Assembly (NCBI GenBank): GCA_037130655.1
Contig: JBAXSP010000001.1
Coordinates: 101,830 to 165,829, forward strand
Reading direction: 5' to 3'
DNA from: a bacterium
Lineage (GTDB): Bacteria; Patescibacteriota; Minisyncoccia; Phycocordibacterales; UBA9973
Length of the DNA stretch: 64,000 bases
Shown here one piece after another: positions 1 through 9,597 of the stretch (position 1 is the first letter of the stretch; each line of letters begins with the position of its first letter). The position numbers and the translations under genes were made by a program. The notes under the pieces were generated by a model, which saw only the letters and a list, made by a program, of their open reading frames with translations, was not told the DNA's origin and made no database searches.

Positions 1-896
1 CCATTTTCTACTCCAAAGAATAAATCTTCCGGTTCACCGATGCCGAGCAAATGACGAGGTTTTCCTTCGGGCAATACTTCGTTTACCCATTTGACCGCTG
101 TATGCAAATCATTTTTATCAAAAGACCCTCCAATACCAAAACCATCAAACATTTTTCCATCTTCGGTTTTCATATCTGCAATAACTTGTGCGGATTTTTT
201 GCGAAGCGACTCACTGCGTCCACCTTGAATCACACCAAAGAGTGCTCGCTCTTCCCCGCTTTCATCCAACAATCTGTGATGACGTTCCAAACTTCGCTTC
301 GCCCAACTATGTGTACGCCCCAGTGCTTCTTCTTGATAACGTTCGGTATCAAGTGGTGATGTACATTCATCGAATGCAAAAATAATATCGGCACCAAGAT
401 TGTGTTGGATCTCCATCGATTTTTCAGGAGTAATGTAATGAAGTGATCCATCGATATGCGAACGAAATGACACACCGTCGTTTCCGATTGTTGCAAGTCG
501 TGGCACACCATCATCTGCCGATGAACGTTCTGGAATTTGCACGCTCGGGTCTTCGGGATGAAGCAATTTCGAAATACCTTTACCGTATGCGACACCCAAA
601 GAAAAAACTTGAAAGCCACCAGAGTCGGTCATTGATGGGCCTTCCCATTGCATCATCTTTGGAAAACCGCCGAGCATTTTGACTCGTTCATCTCCTGGTT
701 CCAAATACAAGTGATAGGTATTTGCGAGCACTACTTGCGAACCAGCGAGTTTGATCATTTCTGGAGTCAGTCCTTTGACGGTTCCTTTTGTACCAACGGT
801 CACAAAAGCTGGTGTCAGAATCGTGCCGTGTGGAGTTTCAAGTTCTCCTGCACGTCCGAGTGCGTTATCTAATTTTTGGGTAATTTTAAATTTCAT
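1..896 (-). CDS. tgt: queuine tRNA-ribosyltransferase (partial, C-terminus beyond window start)
   Basis: Manual reverse translation from ATG at 896-894 gives MKFKITQKLDNALGRAGELETPHGTILTPAFVTVGTKG...GGFQVFSL...DECT, the typical Tgt TIM-barrel; runs off the window edge so absent from the ORF track. Confidence 0.85.
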   Translation of the reverse strand, partial: MKFKITQKLDNALGRAGELETPHGTILTPAFVTVGTKGTVKGLTPEMIKLAGSQVVLANTYHLYLEPGDERVKMLGGFPKMMQWEGPSMTDSGGFQVFSLGVAYGKGISKLLHPEDPSVQIPERSSADDGVPRLATIGNDGVSFRSHIDGSLHYITPEKSMEIQHNLGADIIFAFDECTSPLDTERYQEEALGRTHSWAKRSLERHHRLLDESGEERALFGVIQGGRSESLRKKSAQVIADMKTEDGKMFDGFGIGGSFDKNDLHTAVKWVNEVLPEGKPRHLLGIGEPEDLFFGVEN

Positions 897-897
897 A

Positions 898-1695
898 TTA
901 TTGAATTTCTATGGTTACAAAATGAAGCGAACCAATATTCACCGGAGCACGAGCAAGTGTCAACTTGAAAGATTCGTGTTGATTGGAAACAATCCCTCCA
1001 ACTTGTGCAATCGGATATGAGTGCAGTGCTGGCAGAACCAATGTCATACCATTTTGTACGGTCATTCCCCGGGGTACAACAAATTCAAATGAACCACCAC
1101 CTTTTCCTTTAACTGAAAAAACCGTTCCGTTATCTACAAGCAGTGCATCAAATTGATTTCCTGATGCAGAAAGTAGTGCAACTTGTGCACTATGTTCATA
1201 CAAGGAAGTGACCTTTCCCAAAACAATTTCACCAGAAAGTACCAAATCACCTTCTTTGATTCCATCAGCACTTCCAACATCAATTGTCAGTGAGTCATAC
1301 ATCGAAGCGGTGTTTGATGAAAGCACAGTCGCCAATATTCTTTTTTTCACACTAGTACGTCCGAGTGTTTTCTTTAGTGAAGTATTTTCTTCTTGCAAGA
1401 CTACGTTTTCTACACGAAACGAATCGAGTTCAGTAATTTTATTTTTGAGTGCATCATTTTCATGCTGTAAAGATTTTTTTGAAAGAAAAAAACTTTTTGT
1501 GTTATGCAAACTTCCACCAATCGCATTCTTGACTTTGTATACCGGAGAAAAAATGGTCAAGAAAAATCCACCAACATTAGCGCGGAATGATGGAAATACC
1601 ATTGTGCACACTACCAACAAAGCAAAAAATCCCGCGACAATGAGCGGTGTTTTTTTGGATGGAGTATTTTTTTTGTTAGCGTGGAACGGAAGCAT
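898..1695 (-). CDS. mreC: rod shape-determining protein MreC
   Basis: 265 aa; N-terminal TM segment, coiled-coil then beta-rich C-terminal domain; directly downstream of and overlapping mreB. Confidence 0.75.
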   Translation of the reverse strand: MLPFHANKKNTPSKKTPLIVAGFFALLVVCTMVFPSFRANVGGFFLTIFSPVYKVKNAIGGSLHNTKSFFLSKKSLQHENDALKNKITELDSFRVENVVLQEENTSLKKTLGRTSVKKRILATVLSSNTASMYDSLTIDVGSADGIKEGDLVLSGEIVLGKVTSLYEHSAQVALLSASGNQFDALLVDNGTVFSVKGKGGGSFEFVVPRGMTVQNGMTLVLPALHSYPIAQVGGIVSNQHESFKLTLARAPVNIGSLHFVTIEIQ

Positions 1696-2722
1696 GATGA
1701 CCTTCTATTAAAAATGATTTATATCGTTCAATGTCTTCAAGTATTATACCAGTTCCGCGAGCAACAGCAGTCAGTGGTTCTTCGGCAACATACACCGGTA
1801 GATTGAGTGTCTCACCAAGCAAGGTAGAGAGTCCTTGAATATGCGCACCGCCACCGAGCAACACAATTCCTCGTTGCAAAATATCTGCCAAAATTTCTGG
1901 TGGTGTTGTTTCGAGTGTTTCTTTGACGGTATCAACAATTTGTAAAATAGACGGCATGATAGCTTCACGAACATCAGTATCAGTAACGATAACTTCACGT
2001 GGCAAACCGGTGAGCAAATCTCGTCCACGAACTTCAGCCTCCATAAAATCTCCTTGAACAACAGAACCAATCGCCATCTTCACTGCTTCAGCAGTTTTTT
2101 CTCCAACCAACAATTTGAATTCTTCTTTCAAATACGTTGTGATGTCGGTATTCAATTTGTCTCCAGCGATTTTCAAATTTTTTGAATGAACGATTCCACC
2201 TGACGCAATAACTGCCACATCAGTCGTACCACCACCAATATCAACAACAACAGAACCAACAGGATCTTCGACTGGCAAATGAATGCCGATAGCGCCGGCA
2301 ACTGGTTCTTCAACAAGAAATACTTCGCGTGCGCCGGCACTTTTGGCTGCGTCATACACCGCACGAGCTTCAACGTTGGTAATACCTGTCGGCACACCGA
2401 TGACTACACGCGGTTTGAAAAATTTCTTTGACATTCGATCTGCTTTGCCGATCAGATATGACAGCATTTCTTCAGTTACTTCGAAATCAGAAATAACTCC
2501 ATCAACAAGCGGACGAATTGTTTTCAAGTGAGCAGGAGTTCGTCCCATCATTTGTTTGGCTTCTGCACCAACAGCAACAATCACACCAGTTTTTATATTG
2601 AGCACAACGACTGATGGCTCATTGATGACAATGCCGTGCCCTTTCAAATACACCAACGTATTTGCGGTTCCCAAATCGATTCCTATTTCATTTGAAAATA
2701 CCTTGTAGAGCTTTTGGAACAT
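1676..2722 (-). CDS. mreB: rod shape-determining protein MreB (actin-like ATPase)
   Basis: 348 aa; IGIDLGTANT, DIGGGTTD actin-fold phosphate motifs. Confidence 0.9.
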   Translation of the reverse strand: MFQKLYKVFSNEIGIDLGTANTLVYLKGHGIVINEPSVVVLNIKTGVIVAVGAEAKQMMGRTPAHLKTIRPLVDGVISDFEVTEEMLSYLIGKADRMSKKFFKPRVVIGVPTGITNVEARAVYDAAKSAGAREVFLVEEPVAGAIGIHLPVEDPVGSVVVDIGGGTTDVAVIASGGIVHSKNLKIAGDKLNTDITTYLKEEFKLLVGEKTAEAVKMAIGSVVQGDFMEAEVRGRDLLTGLPREVIVTDTDVREAIMPSILQIVDTVKETLETTPPEILADILQRGIVLLGGGAHIQGLSTLLGETLNLPVYVAEEPLTAVARGTGIILEDIERYKSFLIEGHHASVPR

Positions 2723-2728
2723 AGTAGA

Positions 2729-4186
2729 TTAGTAGGCTTTTGCAAAGAGCACTTTTTTAGTTGATGAATTACCTGATTTAATACACACACCTGATTCATC
2801 TGCGCTGTCAAATGGAATACAGCGAATCGTTGCACCTGTTTCTTCTTTGATTTGTTTTTCTGTTTCTGCTGTACCGTCCCAGTGAGCTAGTACAAACTGA
2901 CCTTGTTCAATTGCAGACACAAAAGCATCCCAACTATCAACAGTAACTTTCTTTTCAACTAGTCGGTCTTTTGCAATTTGTAAAAGATTTTCTTGGATTG
3001 TACTCAAAAGTTCTGTAACTTTTTGCTGTAGTTCATTTAGAGGTGTTACTATTTTTTCTCCAGTATCACGACGAACAAGAACACAACTATTATTTTCTAT
3101 ATCTTTTGGTCCGTATTCAATACGTAGTGGCACACCTTCTTTTTCCCATTTGAAATATTTTTCCCCAGGACGAAGCTGTGGACGAGCATCAACGGTGACA
3201 CCAAATTCATATGTCGCTTTCAATATTGTTTCAAGTTCTCTCGCCTTCTCTACAATCGCATCGTGATTTGATTCATTGGTAATTGGAACAATGACTATCT
3301 TGATTGGCGCAATATTTGGAGGTAGCACCAAACCTTTATCATCACTGTGCGTCATAATCAAACCACCAATTGAACGTGTTGAAAGCCCCCAACTTGTTTG
3401 ATGTCCGTATTCAAGCGTATTTTGTTCATTCAAAAATTGTACGTTGAATGCTTTGGCGAAATGATCTCCAAGATTGTGTGACGTTGCGATTTGCAACGCT
3501 TTGCCATCTTGCATCATCGCTTCACAAGTATATGTTTTGAGTGCACCAGCAAATTTTTCACTTTCTGATTTTACTCCAGGAATAACTGGGATTGCCATAT
3601 ACTTTTCAAAAAAGTTTTTATACACATCAAGCATTTCACGAGCAAAAGCATCTGCCTCTTCAGGAGCCTGGTGCACAGTGTGACCTTCTTGCCACAAAAA
3701 TTCTGTTGTACGCAAGAAAAGTTTTGTACGCATCTCCCAGCGAATGACGTTTGCCCATTGATTGATAAGTAGTGGTAAGTCGCGATATGAACGGACCCAT
3801 TTTGAAAAAACATCATACATGATTGTTTCTGATGTCGGACGAAGCACGTATGACTCTTCCAATTTTTCACCTCCTGCGTGAGTAACTACTGCCACCTCTG
3901 GAGCAAAACCTTCAACGTGACTTTCTTCTTGTTTCAAAAGACGTTCAGGAATAAGCATCGGAAAATATGCATTACGAACTTGTTTTTTCTTGAACTCAAC
4001 ATCAAGCACTTTTTGAATACCTTCCCAAATTGCATAACCATTTGGTTTGATAATCATACAGCCTTTAACCGGAGAGTGTTCGGCAAGGTCTGCAGCTCCA
4101 ATTACATCCAAATACCATTCATTGTAATCAGTTGCTCGTGGAGTAATTGTTTTTTCGTAACTTTTTGCGTTTTTTGAGTCTTCCAT
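2729..4186 (-). CDS. proS: prolyl-tRNA synthetase (archaeal/eukaryotic-like class IIa, short form)
   Basis: 485 aa; class II motifs and C-terminal zinc-binding ProRS-type domain. Confidence 0.9.
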   Translation of the reverse strand: MEDSKNAKSYEKTITPRATDYNEWYLDVIGAADLAEHSPVKGCMIIKPNGYAIWEGIQKVLDVEFKKKQVRNAYFPMLIPERLLKQEESHVEGFAPEVAVVTHAGGEKLEESYVLRPTSETIMYDVFSKWVRSYRDLPLLINQWANVIRWEMRTKLFLRTTEFLWQEGHTVHQAPEEADAFAREMLDVYKNFFEKYMAIPVIPGVKSESEKFAGALKTYTCEAMMQDGKALQIATSHNLGDHFAKAFNVQFLNEQNTLEYGHQTSWGLSTRSIGGLIMTHSDDKGLVLPPNIAPIKIVIVPITNESNHDAIVEKARELETILKATYEFGVTVDARPQLRPGEKYFKWEKEGVPLRIEYGPKDIENNSCVLVRRDTGEKIVTPLNELQQKVTELLSTIQENLLQIAKDRLVEKKVTVDSWDAFVSAIEQGQFVLAHWDGTAETEKQIKEETGATIRCIPFDSADESGVCIKSGNSSTKKVLFAKAY

Positions 4187-4237
4187 ATAGCTCTATCGTA
4201 CGCCAAAATTGGCTTTTTTACAATATAAAACAAAAAG

Positions 4238-4262
4238 AAAGACCCCCTTTAAGGGGTCTTGG
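4238..4262 (-). terminator. intrinsic terminator hairpin (GACCCCTT-AAGGGGTC) downstream of the 4265..4804 gene
   Basis: Perfect GC-rich inverted repeat followed by T-run on the minus strand. Confidence 0.6.
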
Positions 4263-4264
4263 TT

Positions 4265-4804
4265 TTACTTTTTAGAAACGAGTGTTTTTTCAACAAGTCT
4301 ATTGATAATAGCTCTGGATTCTTTTTTGAAATCATTCCATTGGTTTTTATTAATATCATTGGCTTCTATGAGAAAATCTGAAAGCACTTTCAACCAAAAC
4401 TCAGAGGAGTGAATGGCCTTGTTTCTGCAAAAATAAAAGTTGTCATTAAAAATATTTGGATGCTTGTATTTCCTGACATCTTTTCCTTGCATCAAATCTT
4501 TTGTGTAATTTAGATTACTCTCAAATTTTTTTAGCAATAAACCAGTCAAGTCCTCAAATTGAGTATTGATACTTTTCATGTATTGATCGAGATGATCAAC
4601 CATTTTAGTTTTCAATGCTGTAAATTTCAGAGCAACACTGTTGAGATTTTTTTCATAGAGTTTATCTAATTCTTTTTTTGCTTCAGTGATATCATCACCA
4701 TACTTTCCATAGAAAGTGGTGTTTTTCCAATCTTCATAAAAATCTTTAAAAGCCATTTTGGCTTTTTGTTCCAAATCATCAAAAACTGCTTTAAATTCAT
4801 CCAT
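4265..4804 (-). CDS. hypothetical protein (K/E-rich, helical)
   Basis: 179-aa ORF, AT-rich, no recognisable motif, followed by terminator. Confidence 0.5.
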   Translation of the reverse strand: MDEFKAVFDDLEQKAKMAFKDFYEDWKNTTFYGKYGDDITEAKKELDKLYEKNLNSVALKFTALKTKMVDHLDQYMKSINTQFEDLTGLLLKKFESNLNYTKDLMQGKDVRKYKHPNIFNDNFYFCRNKAIHSSEFWLKVLSDFLIEANDINKNQWNDFKKESRAIINRLVEKTLVSKK

Positions 4805-4988
4805 ATGTATTTGTATTATTACTTATCCGAAAAAGACTATACCACACAATATACGATAAGACAAACTATTGATACTTCTGCAGAAAAATGGTACTATCAG
4901 CACTATGTTCATGAGGGATTAGGTCTCCCTTCGATATGCTGAAAATGCTTAAAAATGAACATTTTATTTAATTAATATTTTTTACACT

Positions 4989-5654
4989 ATGTCAGAAATT
5001 GACCACATGTTTGAAGCAGGTGTTCACTACGGCTACTCACGTACTCGTAGACACCCAACAACTGCTCCATTTATTTACACTACAAAAAACCGCATCGATA
5101 TCATCAATCTTGAAGATACCGAAGCACAACTAGAAAAAGCAAAAGCTTTTGTCAAAGAATTGAAAGCAACTGGCAAGAACATCCTTTGGGTTGGTATCAA
5201 GCCTGAAGCACAAAAAGTAATTGAAGAAACAGCATTGACTCTCGGTATGCCTTACGTAAACGAACGTTGGGTTGGGGGAACGTTGACTAACTGGGTAGAA
5301 ATCAAACGTCGCGTGAACGAATTGAATTCTTTGAAAGAAAAGAAAGCAAACGGCGAACTTGAGAAATACACAAAGAAAGAACGTTTACTTATCGACCGAA
5401 GTATTGCTAAAATGGAGAAGAACTTCTCAGGTATTTCAGCAATGACTCGCCTTCCAGATGCAGCTATCGTTATCGATCCAAAGCGTGAATACATCGCAGT
5501 GGAAGAATTGAACAAAGCTGGTATTCCGATCATCACTCTTGCAAACACAGACTGTAATCTTACTGGTTTGAAATATCCTATTGTCGGAAACGACGGTTCA
5601 CGTTCAAGTGTTACTTACATCGTAAATGCACTTAAAGAAGCTTACAAAGCTTAA
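4989..5654 (+). CDS. rpsB: 30S ribosomal protein S2
   Basis: 221 aa; MFEAGVHYGYSRTRRHP...ERWVGGTLTNW S2 signature. Confidence 0.95.
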   Translation: MSEIDHMFEAGVHYGYSRTRRHPTTAPFIYTTKNRIDIINLEDTEAQLEKAKAFVKELKATGKNILWVGIKPEAQKVIEETALTLGMPYVNERWVGGTLTNWVEIKRRVNELNSLKEKKANGELEKYTKKERLLIDRSIAKMEKNFSGISAMTRLPDAAIVIDPKREYIAVEELNKAGIPIITLANTDCNLTGLKYPIVGNDGSRSSVTYIVNALKEAYKA

Positions 5655-5693
5655 CAGTTCCATACTTTATTAGTTCTTAAATTACATATATCT

Positions 5694-6470
5694 ATGAGTA
5701 ACATTTCAGTTGACCTTATCAAGGAATTACGAGATCAAACCGGTGTCGCAGTAATGCAATGCCGTAAAGCTTTGGAAGAAGCTGGTGGTGATATCGAAAA
5801 AGCTCGAATCATCTTGAGTAAACAATCAAGTGCTGCAGCTGAGAAGAAAGCTGACCGTGCACTTGGTGATGGACTCGTTGTGGTGAAGCAAGACGGAAAC
5901 AAAGCAGTGATGCTTGTCCTCTTCTGCGAAACTGACTTCGTTGCAAAAAACGAAGAATTTATTGCAGCCGCAAACAAGCTTGGAGAAATCGCTCTCGCTG
6001 AAGGTGAAGATGCTATGCGCGCACAATCAGGAGAAATCATCAATCCATTGATTCAAAAAATTGGTGAAAATATGCAAGTTGGTTCTGTATACACATTCGA
6101 CAATGGTACTATCGGTAGCTATGTTCACAATGGACGTAATGCTTCTGTAGTAGTACTCGAAGGTGGTGACGAATCTCTTGCAAAAGATATCGCAATGCAC
6201 ATCAGTGCGATGAAGCCTCACTTCGTAAAGAAAGATGACATTACTGAAGACGACAAAGTCAAAGTAACTGAAGTATTTCAAAAAGAAGTTGATGAATCTG
6301 ACAAACCAGCAGATATGAAAGCAAAAATCCTTGAAGGAAAATTGTCTGCTTATTTCAAAGAAAAAATTCTCTTGGAACAACCGTTCATCAAAGACCCTAA
6401 TATGACTATCGGTCAATTAGCATCAAGTAAAGGTGCAACTGTTGTTCGTTTCGAACAATTTAACTTCTAA
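5694..6470 (+). CDS. tsf: translation elongation factor Ts
   Basis: 258 aa; LRDQTGVAVMQCRKALEEAGGDIEKA UBA-like N-terminus and EF-Ts dimerisation domain; rpsB-tsf synteny. Confidence 0.95.
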   Translation: MSNISVDLIKELRDQTGVAVMQCRKALEEAGGDIEKARIILSKQSSAAAEKKADRALGDGLVVVKQDGNKAVMLVLFCETDFVAKNEEFIAAANKLGEIALAEGEDAMRAQSGEIINPLIQKIGENMQVGSVYTFDNGTIGSYVHNGRNASVVVLEGGDESLAKDIAMHISAMKPHFVKKDDITEDDKVKVTEVFQKEVDESDKPADMKAKILEGKLSAYFKEKILLEQPFIKDPNMTIGQLASSKGATVVRFEQFNF

Positions 6471-6473
6471 TAT

Positions 6474-6935
6474 ATGTATCTAGTAATTATTCTTATCATT
6501 TCATCTATCTCACTCTTTTTGTTTCTTGCGTACAAAGCATGGGAATACAAAGCTGGTCCGGAAGCGAAACACGAGAGAATGATTATCGACAGAAAAGTAT
6601 TGGAATATGTTTTGAGATCAGTATTGTTGTCACTCAAAAATCACATCAGAGATTTCTTGATTTGGTTGACGAAGGTGAAATTCAAAATAAGTACAACGTT
6701 TGGAACTTTTTTCAAAGAACGATTTCCAAAAGTATATGCTTTGTTCTCTACCAAACACGCAATACAACTTGCGCAAGAAAGTGAAAGCAAATCAACATCA
6801 TACTTTTTCAGAACCGTTGCTGAATATAAGTACAAAATAAAAAAGACAAAACAAGCGCTTCATAAAGAAGCCGAGGAAAAAGCCCTTGAAGAGGAGATCG
6901 AGAAAGAAACAACAAACACCGAACAAGAAGACTAA
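6474..6935 (+). CDS. hypothetical membrane-anchored protein
   Basis: 153 aa; N-terminal TM helix, charged C-terminal tail. Confidence 0.45.
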   Translation: MYLVIILIISSISLFLFLAYKAWEYKAGPEAKHERMIIDRKVLEYVLRSVLLSLKNHIRDFLIWLTKVKFKISTTFGTFFKERFPKVYALFSTKHAIQLAQESESKSTSYFFRTVAEYKYKIKKTKQALHKEAEEKALEEEIEKETTNTEQED

Positions 6936-6968
6936 CCAAAAGAAAATCCCCATACAGGGATTTTCTTT

Positions 6969-7361
6969 TTACTTCTTAACCCTCCAAGACCTACCCTTTC
7001 CTTTATTTAAACTTTTAAAATTTGGAGTAAGTGCGTGGCAATTTGGACAAAGCAACCTCAGGTTATTTTCTTTATTATTGATTGAATTACCGTCAATATG
7101 ATCAATTTCAAGTGGAACATTTTTTGTAACTTGATTACGTTTCTGCCATCCACACAAAGAACATTTTTCTCCGTGTTTTTCTAAAAAATATCGTTTTAAA
7201 TGTTTTGATATATTCTTTGTTGTGGTTTTAATTTTATTTAATTTCCATTCTTTAATATACAAATTATATTGAAAATCTTTTTGACATTTATTAGAACAAT
7301 ATTTAAGCTGAGAACGTGTTTCAAGTTGCTTATTACAATTGGAACAAATTATACTTTTCAT
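6969..7361 (-). CDS. HNH endonuclease with N-terminal zinc ribbon
   Basis: CSNC...CSNKC zinc ribbon; CSLCGW...EIDHIDGN...NLRLLCPNCH HNH motif. Start taken at MKSIICSNC; the ORF track's longer ORF (to 7412) adds 17 aa. Confidence 0.65.
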   Translation of the reverse strand: MKSIICSNCNKQLETRSQLKYCSNKCQKDFQYNLYIKEWKLNKIKTTTKNISKHLKRYFLEKHGEKCSLCGWQKRNQVTKNVPLEIDHIDGNSINNKENNLRLLCPNCHALTPNFKSLNKGKGRSWRVKK

Positions 7362-7461
7362 ACAATTAGTATACCAAATATTATTCACTCGAAGGTATGC
7401 ATATCTATACATAACCGCTCAAAACAAAAAACAACATCAATTGATGTTGTTTTTTGTTTTG

Positions 7462-7534
7462 AGCCGCTTCTCGGACTTGAACCGAGGACCTTCACTTTAC
7501 AAAAGTGTTGCTCTACCAACTGAGCTAAAGCGGC
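7462..7534 (-). tRNA. tRNA-Thr (anticodon TGT)
   Basis: GCCGCTT acceptor, GCTCAGTTGGTAGAGC D-arm, anticodon loop TTTGTAA, GGTTCAAGTCC T-arm; manual cloverleaf fold. Confidence 0.8.
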
Positions 7535-7660
7535 TGATTTTTCCTACAAAGAAAAATCATGTCGGAAGAAATTCTTAGGCGAAGCCTGATAATTTTTCCG
7601 ACTAATTTTCTTACAGGGAAATACTTTTTGGTCAAAATTTTCCGACCAGAATTTTTCCTA
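7535..7660 (-). promoter_or_regulatory. conserved tRNA-Thr upstream leader/promoter element (shared with the tRNA-Thr at 63391..63463)
   Basis: 37 nt identical plus ~20 nt identical flanking a hairpin with compensatory changes, duplicated at 63464-63545; repeated TTTTCCGAC motifs. Confidence 0.4.
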
Positions 7661-7725
7661 TTGGTATTAGGCTGTTCTAAAAGTACCAAATAAATATATC
7701 ACATCCACCAAATTTTGCAACAAAA

Positions 7726-7749
7726 AAAACCCCTTTTAAGGGGGAGACT
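7726..7749 (-). terminator. intrinsic terminator (CCCCTTTT-AAGGGGG) downstream of the 7751..8263 gene
   Basis: Inverted repeat flanked by A/T runs. Confidence 0.55.
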
Positions 7750-7750
7750 T

Positions 7751-8263
7751 TTAGTCTGTTTCGGTTGCATCGTAATCGCTCGAGGTACGTTCCAGTAAAT
7801 CTTGTAATGCTTTTTGCTCTTCTTTTTTCTTATTAAGAAACAATTGTTCTATATCCTTTTGGGCTTCTTTTTTATACACATCAATTCGAATAAGGTGTGC
7901 TGAAAAAATGAACGAACATAGAGCCAAGATACTCGAAAAAATAATACGAACGCCCACCACTGTGACTAATTCAATTTCCCATAAAACAAAAAGATACAGT
8001 AGTAGTACAACCAAACAATCAATAGACCATTGGCTCATCTTTTTTGCAAAAAAGATGATCGGACTATTGATACTGTCCAGCAATTGATCCGATAGATCAT
8101 CGAGCTCTTTGTTTGGTTTGTCAGCAAAGCAAAAACGAGAAACCATTCTTTCTTCTTCTATTTCAGCAAAATCACAGAGAGTTTTTTTATAAGCTTTCGG
8201 TGGCAATAACACCATCTGTGTAAACAAAAAGCCTACAAGCATAACAAAAGCAATATGTAGCAT
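7751..8263 (-). CDS. hypothetical membrane protein
   Basis: 170 aa with several hydrophobic helices. Confidence 0.5.
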   Translation of the reverse strand: MLHIAFVMLVGFLFTQMVLLPPKAYKKTLCDFAEIEEERMVSRFCFADKPNKELDDLSDQLLDSINSPIIFFAKKMSQWSIDCLVVLLLYLFVLWEIELVTVVGVRIIFSSILALCSFIFSAHLIRIDVYKKEAQKDIEQLFLNKKKEEQKALQDLLERTSSDYDATETD

Positions 8264-8323
8264 ATAATTAGTGTACGAGTTTTTTCCTCAAAAACAATAC
8301 ACTATTGGGATGAAATTTTCAAG

Positions 8324-8602
8324 CTACGCATCACCTTCTATTTCCTGTCCCACCACATATTCGCACCCTTCATTCCCTACCAAAGCAGTATGTTTGACTC
8401 CAACAGGTACTTCAATAAACTCACCTGGACCAAGTGTTTGTTCAATCCCACCTGAGAATATTAGAGAACCTTTAGTTACATAAAAAGCTACTCTGCCTTT
8501 GTGGCTATGTTCTTCGTATACAGTCCCTGGTTCATCCGTCCATTCGTACACAATGAGGAATCCCTGGTCTGTTAGGTTTTGTTTTAATAATTCTTTATCC
8601 AT
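8324..8602 (-). CDS. cupin domain protein
   Basis: 92 aa; EEHSHKG...FIEVPVGVKHTA cupin motifs 1 and 2. Confidence 0.7.
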   Translation of the reverse strand: MDKELLKQNLTDQGFLIVYEWTDEPGTVYEEHSHKGRVAFYVTKGSLIFSGGIEQTLGPGEFIEVPVGVKHTALVGNEGCEYVVGQEIEGDA

Positions 8603-8735
8603 AAATTTATTTTACAGAATATTAGTACCTCGTTACATCATTATTTTTAAGTTTCGACAAAATTGGATTTGGAACATTCTCTAGTACTTTTTTTACTTCT
8701 GCGTCAGAAATGATCGTTCTTATAAATGCAACTAT

Positions 8736-8927
8736 TTATTGCAATAATTCTTCTTCATAGGTATTTTCAACAAGCGCAAAACGAACGGTATTTTCTTCAT
8801 CTTGTGCATTTTCTGCAAGTAAAACGATATCATTTTCTATAGCAAATTTACGAACTGTTCCACGGAATTTTACTCCGATAAGATTAGCAGAGACACTGTT
8901 TACTTGATATATATCCCAATAAGTCAT
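8736..8927 (-). CDS. small acylphosphatase-like protein (short, possibly degenerate)
   Basis: 63 aa; VSANLIGVKFRGTVRKFA resembles the acylphosphatase VxGxVQGVxFR motif but the protein is too short for a full domain. Confidence 0.3.
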   Translation of the reverse strand: MTYWDIYQVNSVSANLIGVKFRGTVRKFAIENDIVLLAENAQDEENTVRFALVENTYEEELLQ

Positions 8928-8931
8928 AATC

Positions 8932-9594
8932 CTATTCTACATCAAAAGTACCTTTTACCAATTCTAAAAATTGTCCGTGGGTTTCCGGTTTGTTTTCGTA
9001 GTGCATCGAAATAATCTTTCCGATCTTTTCGAATTTTTGAGCAAAGTCAAATGCTTCTTCTGGGCCAAAAGTATAAAATGTTCCGACAGGCAAAAGAAGA
9101 TAGTCAACTACTAGTTCTGACACGTCGATTTCTGATTCATAGAACATATCACCGGCAAAATAAATATTTTGATCATCAACATTAATCAAAAATCCATAAT
9201 TTTCAGTAATCGGAACAGTTAGATTAGGGCCGTGATCTACAGAAAATACTTGTAGGGTAAAATTTTCATCTTCATATTCTGCCTCAGTTGAAATAATACA
9301 CATATTACTAGCTATCACCGGCTTATCAGCAGGTGAAGCTGTTACTACATCTATAATACTTTGTTCGTGCAGAACATCGTAACAATTTCTAGGTAACAAT
9401 ATTGTTTTTGGATTAAGTTTCTTTATTTGTTCTATAGAAAAGTGGTCACCGTGAATATGAGAAATAAGCATCGTGTCACAACTTATTCCGTCCAATTTTT
9501 CCAATGGAGTTTTGTTGCCAATATCAATCGCCAGACGAAAACCTTTTTCACTTTCTATAATGAAGCCTGATTGTTCAAATTTGGTTATTTTCAT
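8932..9594 (-). CDS. MBL-fold metallo-hydrolase
   Basis: 220 aa; ISHIHGDH (HxHxDH) metallo-beta-lactamase motif. Confidence 0.8.
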   Translation of the reverse strand: MKITKFEQSGFIIESEKGFRLAIDIGNKTPLEKLDGISCDTMLISHIHGDHFSIEQIKKLNPKTILLPRNCYDVLHEQSIIDVVTASPADKPVIASNMCIISTEAEYEDENFTLQVFSVDHGPNLTVPITENYGFLINVDDQNIYFAGDMFYESEIDVSELVVDYLLLPVGTFYTFGPEEAFDFAQKFEKIGKIISMHYENKPETHGQFLELVKGTFDVE

Positions 9595-9597
9595 TAC

